A stretch of DNA of 32,000 bases from Nitratidesulfovibrio vulgaris str. Hildenborough (lineage in GTDB: Bacteria > Desulfobacterota > Desulfovibrionia > Desulfovibrionales > Desulfovibrionaceae): positions 3,300,001 through 3,332,000 of the forward strand of contig NC_002937.3 in NCBI RefSeq assembly GCF_000195755.1. The letters are read 5' to 3'. Shown in pieces: positions 26,787-32,000 of this stretch; position 1 is the first letter of the stretch, and each line of letters begins with the position of its first letter. The notes below the pieces were generated by a model. That model was given only the letters and a program-made list of their open reading frames with translations, made no database searches and had not been told where the DNA came from. A program made the position numbers and the translations under genes.

Positions 26787-27641
26787 ATGCCCAAGACCAG
26801 CGACCATCCCCGCGGCGTAGCGCCAGAGGCCTCCGCACCCGCGCCCCCCCCCGCCCACGGGGCACAGCAGGCACCAGCATCCGCTGCTGCCCCGGCACCA
26901 CTTGCCGTGGTGGGTCTCGGCCCCGGAGATGCGTCACTTCTCACGCCACAGGCACTCGCGGCGCTGGAGGCTGCGGATGTTGTCGTGGGGTATACACTCT
27001 ACGTGCGCCTCATCCCTGAAGAGGTACTACAGGGCAAGACGGTGCTCTCCACAGGCATGATGGCGGAAATGCAACGCTGTGAAGCCGCCATCGACAGTGC
27101 GCTGGCGGGCAGGCCCACGGCAGTCGTATGCTCGGGCGACCCCGGCATCTACGCCATGGCGGGACTGGTCTTCGAACTGCTCGAAGAACGGGGATTGGCT
27201 GAAACGCTGCCCGTGACGGTGGTGCCGGGCATCCCCGCCGTGTGCGGTGCCGCGGCCCTTCTCGGGGCACCCCTCATGCACGACTTCGCCTGCGTGAGCC
27301 TCAGCGACCTTCTCACACCGTGGGAGGTCATCGAACGGCGGGCCAGCAAAGCCCTTGAAGCGGACTTCGTACTGGTGCTCTACAACCCGCGCTCGAAGCG
27401 ACGCGACTGGCAACTCGGCGCCGTGATGGACAGGGCCAAGGCCATCCTGCCGCCCGCGACACCCGTCGGCGTCGTCCGCGACGCGTACCGCCCCGGTCAG
27501 GCCGTGTTCTGCCGGACACTGTCTACGTTCGACCCCGCCGAGGTCGACATGCTCTCCATCGTGGTCATCGGCAACAGCGCAACGCGGCTTGTGGGGGGGC
27601 GCATGGTGACGCCGCGTGGCTACATGGAAAAATATCGCTGA
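26787..27641 (+). CDS. cbiH: precorrin-3B / cobalt-precorrin-3 C17-methyltransferase
   Basis: The tetrapyrrole methylase core has LAVVGLGPGD, VVVGYTLYV, VCSGDPGIYAMAG and VPGIPA. ATG 26787 follows GAGGA with a 5-nt spacer, whereas the track start at 26775 has no RBS. About 40 aa of Pro/Ala-rich extension precede the methylase core, so the true start could be further downstream, for example the GTG codons near 26899-26904. Confidence 0.85.
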   Translation: MPKTSDHPRGVAPEASAPAPPPAHGAQQAPASAAAPAPLAVVGLGPGDASLLTPQALAALEAADVVVGYTLYVRLIPEEVLQGKTVLSTGMMAEMQRCEAAIDSALAGRPTAVVCSGDPGIYAMAGLVFELLEERGLAETLPVTVVPGIPAVCGAAALLGAPLMHDFACVSLSDLLTPWEVIERRASKALEADFVLVLYNPRSKRRDWQLGAVMDRAKAILPPATPVGVVRDAYRPGQAVFCRTLSTFDPAEVDMLSIVVIGNSATRLVGGRMVTPRGYMEKYR

Positions 27642-27846
27642 CACGAACGTCGGAAGACAGCCCTGTACGCGTCACAGACAGCCCTGACATCCGGGCCTGT
27701 GTGAGCGAAGATTCACGAGCACCAAAGCCTTGCGACACTAATCCGACGTGCTGCCATCGCGGTGCGCGAACGGGCGTTCCCGCCCACAACAGGGTGGGCG
27801 ATACCGTCCCAAACCGCCATGAATCTAGGCTTTCCCGCTCCATTCC

Positions 27847-27875
27847 TTGACACGGCATGGCGGACACAATACCAT
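27847..27875 (+). promoter_or_regulatory. candidate sigma70 promoter of the cytochrome c3 gene (TTGACA-N17-TACCAT)
   Basis: A consensus -35 TTGACA at 27847-27852 is followed by a 17-nt spacer and TACCAT at 27870-27875, about 50 nt upstream of the cyc start. This rests on a pattern match only. Confidence 0.4.
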
Positions 27876-27924
27876 CCCGCTTGGGAAATCCTTAACTTAC
27901 CTTTGTGAAGGAGGTAGTTCGATC

Positions 27925-28314
27925 ATGAGGAAACTGTTTTTCTGCGGCGTACTCGCCCTTGCCGTAGCCTTTGCGCTGCCGGTTGTGGCCGCTCCCAAGG
28001 CCCCTGCCGACGGCCTGAAGATGGAAGCCACCAAGCAGCCCGTGGTTTTCAACCACTCCACCCACAAGTCCGTGAAGTGTGGTGACTGCCACCACCCCGT
28101 GAACGGCAAGGAAGACTACCGCAAGTGCGGTACCGCCGGCTGCCACGACAGCATGGACAAGAAGGACAAGTCCGCGAAGGGCTACTACCATGTCATGCAT
28201 GACAAGAACACCAAGTTCAAGTCCTGCGTGGGTTGCCACGTTGAAGTGGCCGGTGCCGATGCCGCCAAGAAGAAGGACCTCACCGGCTGCAAGAAGTCCA
28301 AGTGCCACGAATAG
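27925..28314 (+). CDS. cyc: periplasmic tetraheme cytochrome c3 precursor
   Basis: GAAGGAGG lies 10 nt upstream. The signal peptide is [22 protein letters not shown]. The mature sequence [35 protein letters not shown]... has four heme sites (CGDCH, CGTAGCH, CVGCH, CKKSKCH). I recognise it from memory as D. vulgaris Hildenborough cytochrome c3. Confidence 0.97.
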
Positions 28315-28337
28315 GCAGTACAGACTGACGCATTTAC

Positions 28338-28370
28338 GGGCCGCCTTTCGGGGCGGCCCTTGCATTTTCG
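28338..28370 (+). terminator. rho-independent terminator after cyc
   Basis: GGGCCGCC (28338-28345) pairs with GGCGGCCC (28352-28359) across a 6-nt loop, followed by TTGCATTTTCG. Confidence 0.75.
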
Positions 28371-28491
28371 CCCCGCCATTGTGTATCCTGCATTGGATAG
28401 ACACCGGATTTTCCGTAAGGTTCGGGAACTCGGCGCGGTAGACCGCCCCCCCGATCATCGGCCCGCCCACCTTTGCCACTTCGAGGCTGCC

Positions 28492-30507
28492 ATGACTCCG
28501 CAGGAAGCTAACCGCCCACAGCCCGGCGACGACATCATCGAGCTCACCGACATCATCGAAAAGGGAACCGTTCCCGCTGCGGCGGATGCGGTCGATTTCG
28601 ACAAGGAGCTCGAAGACCTGTTCGCCGACAGCGACATCGAGGCGGCCATCTCGAACCTGAGCCTGCCTGATGAAGCGCCTTCTCCGGCAAAGGCTGCGGT
28701 ACAGGAACCTGCCGATACGGGGCTCGACAGTGACATCGACGCTTTTCTGGACGCACTCGACGGCCCCGGTCATGCCGCCCCTGAGAACGTCGCGCCCAAG
28801 CTTGCCCAGCCGACGCCCACTCCCGGCGGCCGCCCGGTGAATCCTGACGAACAGTTGCAGATGCCCGACATGTCGGACATGGACAGCCTCCTCGAACAAC
28901 TCGACGCCCCCGCCGCCACCAAGAGCGCAGGGAACATCGAAGACCTCGATGCGGGCGACCTCGATGCCCTGCTGGACGACATCCTCGGCGGTGCACCTGC
29001 AAGCCCGAAGGCTGCGACGATGACACCGCCCCCCGCGACCGAAGCCGAGCCTGCGCCCATGAGCCTCGACGACCTCGACGCACTGCTCGACGCACCTGTT
29101 GCGCCTGCTGCGCCTGCCGCACCGGAACCTGCTGCCGAACGGGCACCCGGTACTGCGACCATGAGCCTCGACGACATCGACGCGCTGCTCGACACCCCTG
29201 TCGCGCCCGCTACGCCTCCCGCACCGGAACCTGCTGCCGAACGGGCACCCGGTACTGCCGCCATGAGCCTCGACGACATCGACGCACTGTTCGACGCACC
29301 TGTCGCGCCCGCTGCGCCTGCCGCACCGGAACCTGCTTCCGAACCGACACCCGGCACTGCCGCCATGAGCCTCGACGACATCGACGCGCTGCTCGATGCC
29401 CCTGTCGCGCCCGCTGCGCCTGCCGCACCGGAACCTGCTTCCGAACCGACACCCGGCACTGCGACCATGAGTCTCGACGACATCGACGCGCTGCTCGATG
29501 CACCTGTCGCGCCCGCTGCGCCTGCCGCACCGGAACCTGCTTCCGAACCGACACCCGGCACTGCGACCATGAGTCTCGACGACATCGACGCGCTGCTCGA
29601 TGCACCTGTCGCGCCCGCTGCGCCTGCCGCACCGGAACCTGCTGCCGAACCGACACCCGGCACTGCCGCCATGAGTCTCGACGACATCGACGCACTGCTC
29701 GACGCGGCACCGATGCCTCCCGCACCTGAAGAGGCCATGCCAGCGCACGACACCGCCGCAGAAGAGACCGTCATCGCTGCGATGCCCCCCGTGCAGGAGG
29801 AACCTGTCGCCGCACTCGCAGCAGAGACGATGGCAGTGGCAGCCGCTGCCACCGCCATGGCACCGCAGGAACCTGTCATATCTCCGGCCTCGGGCCCGAT
29901 GTCTGCCCCGGTCATGGATGCGAACGCCCTTGAGGGGCTGCTTTCGCGTCTGCAAGCCCTTGAGGACGAGGTCGCCGGGCTGCGTGCCACCGTGGTGCAT
30001 GGAAATGAAGTGACAGCGGGGCTCGAAGAGCGTCTCGCGGCGCTCGATGCGGAGTCTGCCGTCGCCGCATCGCCCGAACCGGCACCCGCTGCCGAGTCCG
30101 CCCCTCCGGCTGAACCGCTGATGCCCGACGCGGACGCCCTCGGGCGTATCCTGTCCGAGATGCTGGCGGAAGGGCATCCGGCCATGGAATGGCTTGTCGA
30201 GCAGGTGCGGGCAGTGGTCATGAACGGCATGTCCGATCATATCGCAAGCGCCGTCGAACGTGCCGTGGAGCAGACGACCGCCCCGATGCGTGACGCACTC
30301 TCCGGGGTCGACGCCACCGCCGAAGGCATGGTGGAACTCGACAACCGCCTGAGCAGCCTCGAAGCCACCCGCATCACCGCAGACGACATCGCCAAGCTCG
30401 AGTCCGCCCTGCGCGAGGCCCTGCGCGACGACACCGACAAGGCTGCGGCTGCGGCTGCGGCCCGGGTCATCCGTCAGGAAATCGCCGCGCTGGCCGAAAT
30501 CCTCTAG
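28492..30507 (+). CDS. highly acidic Pro/Ala-rich repeat protein (671 aa) with ~10 'D-[ILM]-D-[AS]-[LF]-L-[DE]' motifs and a C-terminal helical/coiled-coil region; no TM or signal peptide
   Basis: The track ORF starts at 28360 inside the cyc terminator. The first ATG beyond the terminator is 28492 (MTPQEANRPQPGDDIIELTDIIEKG...). The reading frame is maintained through 6.3 copies of a 102-bp repeat. The C-terminal ~190 aa are predicted helical (LEGLLSRLQALEDEVAGLRATV; ...AARVIRQEIAALAEIL). The RBS is weak, so the start is uncertain. Confidence 0.75.
   Translation: MTPQEANRPQPGDDIIELTDIIEKGTVPAAADAVDFDKELEDLFADSDIEAAISNLSLPDEAPSPAKAAVQEPADTGLDSDIDAFLDALDGPGHAAPENVAPKLAQPTPTPGGRPVNPDEQLQMPDMSDMDSLLEQLDAPAATKSAGNIEDLDAGDLDALLDDILGGAPASPKAATMTPPPATEAEPAPMSLDDLDALLDAPVAPAAPAAPEPAAERAPGTATMSLDDIDALLDTPVAPATPPAPEPAAERAPGTAAMSLDDIDALFDAPVAPAAPAAPEPASEPTPGTAAMSLDDIDALLDAPVAPAAPAAPEPASEPTPGTATMSLDDIDALLDAPVAPAAPAAPEPASEPTPGTATMSLDDIDALLDAPVAPAAPAAPEPAAEPTPGTAAMSLDDIDALLDAAPMPPAPEEAMPAHDTAAEETVIAAMPPVQEEPVAALAAETMAVAAAATAMAPQEPVISPASGPMSAPVMDANALEGLLSRLQALEDEVAGLRATVVHGNEVTAGLEERLAALDAESAVAASPEPAPAAESAPPAEPLMPDADALGRILSEMLAEGHPAMEWLVEQVRAVVMNGMSDHIASAVERAVEQTTAPMRDALSGVDATAEGMVELDNRLSSLEATRITADDIAKLESALREALRDDTDKAAAAAAARVIRQEIAALAEIL
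29059..29705 (+). repeat. 102-bp in-frame tandem repeat, 6 full copies plus a 35-bp partial seventh
   Basis: Copies start at 29059, 29161, 29263, 29365, 29467, 29569 and 29671. Each encodes the 34 aa MSLDD[IL]DAL[LF]D[AT]PVAPA[AT]P[AP]APEPA[AS]E[RP][AT]PGTA[AT]. Copies 4-6 differ at only a few nucleotides. Confidence 0.97.
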
Positions 30508-30702
30508 AAGGCCTTCGACCGGCATACGGGGCTCGAGCCTCGACGACCGGAACACATGGTGGTATGAGACCCGAAAAAAACGGGAGAGGGGCTTGCAGGT
30601 TTCTTTCCCGCTTTACCCGTCCGGTCTTGCCGATGTCCGGTCAGGACCATTCCCCCACGGGCGGGTTTTCTTTTTCCGGCACGCCAAAACGACGAGGCCA
30701 CA

Positions 30703-30879
30703 GTGGACAAGGTACGTAAAGAAGCCCTTCAGGTGACCAAGGAGATTGTGGTCAAGTTCATCGAGACCCAGCGCATCTCGCCAAGCAACATCGGCGAGGT
30801 CTTTCCTTCCATCTACGGGGTCGTTCTCCGGACTCTGGTCGAGGACGGCGTTGCCGACAGCGAGGACGAAAAGGCGTGA
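30703..30879 (+). CDS. 58-aa conserved-looking small protein; resembles the N-terminal oligomerisation region of Ros/MucR regulators but lacks the zinc-finger half
   Basis: This ORF is below the track's length cutoff. GTG 30703 lies 5 nt after GAGG. It encodes VDKVRKEALQVTKEIVVKFIETQRISPSNIGEVFPSIYGVVLRTLVEDGVADSEDEKA. Codon usage is gene-like (about 78% G/C at third positions; AAG, GAG, ATC and GTC preferred). The stop TGA (30877-30879) overlaps the GTG (30876) that opens the ubiE ORF. Confidence 0.55.
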   Translation: MDKVRKEALQVTKEIVVKFIETQRISPSNIGEVFPSIYGVVLRTLVEDGVADSEDEKA

Positions 30880-31652
30880 GCACGTCCGAAGACACGCTGC
30901 GCACGTCGCCAGACACCTTCGACGCGGACTCGGTGACGTCGAAGGGCGCCCCGCAGGAACACGCGCGACAGGTTTCGGGCATGTTCGGGCGCATCGCCCG
31001 CTGGTACGACCTGCTCAACCATGTCCTCAGCGGCGGACTCGACCTCTACTGGCGCTACCGCCTCGTGCGGCAGGTCGTGCCCGGCCCCACCGGACGCGTA
31101 CTCGACCTTGCGGCAGGCACCCTCGACGTGGCCCGCGAGATTCATCGGCAACATCCGGGCATGCGCGTTCCCGCCCTCGACTTCTGCGAAGCCATGCTGC
31201 GGGCGGGGCAACCCAAACTCGTCGACGGCGTACAGGATGTCATCTGGCCCGCCGTGGCCGACGGACGCCGCCTTCCCCTCGCCGACGCCAGTGTGGACTG
31301 CGTGACCATAGCCTTCGGCATCCGCAACATCGTGCCCAGACGCGAGGCGTTCGAGGAGATGCTGCGAGTGCTCGTACCCGGCGGCAGAGCGTGCATCCTC
31401 GAATTCGGCACCGGCAAGACTCCGGTGTGGAAGGGGCTGTACAACTTCTACCTGAACACCCTGCTGCCACTGGTCGGGCGCTGTGTTTCCGGCGATGCGG
31501 GGGCCTATCGCTATCTGGCCGACACCATCATGTCGTTCCCCGATGCCGACGCACTTGCCGCAGAGATGCACGACGCGGGTTTCACGCGGGTGTATCACCT
31601 GCCGCTGACGTCGGGTATCGTACGCCTTCATGTGGGAGAGAAACCCCTGTAA
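30876..31652 (+). CDS. ubiE: demethylmenaquinone/ubiquinone C-methyltransferase
   Basis: Family motifs are VSGMFGRIARWYDLLNHVLSGGLDLYWRY, the SAM motif VLDLAAGT, IAFGIRN and LRVLVPGGRACILEF. The start is uncertain: GTG 30876 (the track start, overlapping the small ORF's stop) or GTG near 30930. It must lie upstream of the conserved ARQVSGMF block. Confidence 0.9.
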   Translation: MSTSEDTLRTSPDTFDADSVTSKGAPQEHARQVSGMFGRIARWYDLLNHVLSGGLDLYWRYRLVRQVVPGPTGRVLDLAAGTLDVAREIHRQHPGMRVPALDFCEAMLRAGQPKLVDGVQDVIWPAVADGRRLPLADASVDCVTIAFGIRNIVPRREAFEEMLRVLVPGGRACILEFGTGKTPVWKGLYNFYLNTLLPLVGRCVSGDAGAYRYLADTIMSFPDADALAAEMHDAGFTRVYHLPLTSGIVRLHVGEKPL

Positions 31653-32000
31653 GGGGAAGGGCCCTCGCACGGGACCGAGAGGGGCACGAACGCCACAGGC
31701 TGGCAGACTCGACCGGTCAGGGACCCGACCGGGAGCACGGACAGGAGGCCGCACAGGCGGCAGGTCAGACAGCCCAACGGTCGGGACACGCTCCGGAAGC
31801 GACACCCGCACGCGGGGGGCATCGCCGGGGAAATCAAACGAAGCGGTACCTGCCAGCAGGTGGCAGTCAGTCCGTGGAGGATGCGGAGCAACAGACGCGG
31901 ATGACCATGAGGGGCGACCTAGCCCAGCCCGCGTGAAAGCCAGACCACGAGAAGCCCGAGGCCCATGCCGCACAGTCCCATGAGCCGCAACACCAGAGGC

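Noticed and set aside
27697-27718. CRP/FNR- or Rex-like inverted half-sites TGTGA-N8-TCACG upstream of the cytochrome c3 promoter.
   Set aside because: The spacing (8 nt) fits neither the TGTGA-N6-TCACA CRP/FNR/HcpR pattern nor the TTGTGAA-N4-TTCACAA Rex pattern. The site also lies about 145 bp upstream of the candidate -35 box. It is probably chance.
29059-29705. Regularly spaced near-identical repeats, checked as a possible CRISPR array.
   Set aside because: The units are directly abutting with a 102-bp period and no unique spacers. They are in frame within a long ORF, lack repeat palindromy, and have no cas genes nearby. This is a coding tandem repeat, not CRISPR.
27892-30555. 887-aa ORF on the - strand with striking internal repeats (RCGRRSGRDRC...), and 28770-30230 (-) with SSSASMSSRLM repeats.
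   Set aside because: These are reverse-complement readings of the 102-bp repeat array and of the cyc gene. The ORF overlaps the certain cytochrome c3 CDS on the other strand, and its repeats simply mirror the + strand array.
30746-31973. 396-aa (+) and 386-aa (-) ORFs overlapping ubiE in other frames or on the other strand.
   Set aside because: The products are extremely Arg-rich and non-protein-like. The + frame starting at 30876 gives a textbook UbiE/MenG methyltransferase.
31919-32000. Possible 3' end of a minus-strand gene at the right edge (frame reads ...PLVLRLMGLCGMGLGLLVVWLSRGLG*, hydrophobic, with stop TAG at 31921-31919).
   Set aside because: Only 26 codons are visible. That is too little to distinguish a real membrane-protein C-terminus from chance, so it is not reported as a feature.
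1-32000. Looked for mobile elements, prophage or defence-island signatures (transposase, integrase or recombinase motifs, terminal inverted repeats, abrupt GC shifts, toxin-antitoxin pairs).
   Set aside because: None were found. Every well-supported CDS is a housekeeping or physiological gene, and composition is uniformly high-GC apart from short promoter and terminator regions around cyc.

Overview
High-GC (~65%) deltaproteobacterial chromosome. I recognise the 129-aa tetraheme cytochrome c3 precursor at 27925-28314 from memory as the Desulfovibrio (Nitratidesulfovibrio) vulgaris Hildenborough protein. The hemerythrin-tailed chemoreceptor DcrH at 8230-11121 fits that assignment, but no search could be run. 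The window is mostly core housekeeping. Gene order is: malQ' (partial) < sppA < rpsA < rimO < | > PAS histidine kinase, 551-bp gap, rdgB, dcrH, glmS, exported alpha/beta hydrolase-mlaA | < gpsA | > ugpC-B-A-E-like ABC importer + HD hydrolase, alaX-like, ahbB, hemL, cbiG, cbiH, cytochrome c3, acidic repeat protein, 58-codon ORF, ubiE/menG. I found no tRNA, rRNA, CRISPR array, transposase, integrase or prophage signature. Many long ORFs in the track are antisense shadows typical of high-GC DNA, and I rejected them. Several true starts lie downstream of the track starts. Two CDSs are absent from the track: malQ, which is open at the window edge, and a 58-codon ORF below the length cutoff. The most interesting object is the 671-aa acidic protein at 28492-30507. 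A near-perfect in-frame 102-bp tandem repeat (6 full copies plus 1 partial) and 3 degenerate copies upstream give about 10 copies of an 'SLDDIDALLD' peptide separated by Pro/Ala linkers. This peptide closely resembles the CheY~P-binding LSQxEIDALL motif of FliM/FliY N-termini and the CheZ C-terminus, so the protein may be an undescribed multivalent CheY-binding scaffold or sink. Secondary leads are an exported serine hydrolase translationally coupled to MlaA, an HD phosphohydrolase in the UgpQ position of a ugp-like operon divergent from gpsA, a MucR-N-terminal-like mini-protein abutting ubiE, and several long repeat-bearing non-coding spacers.
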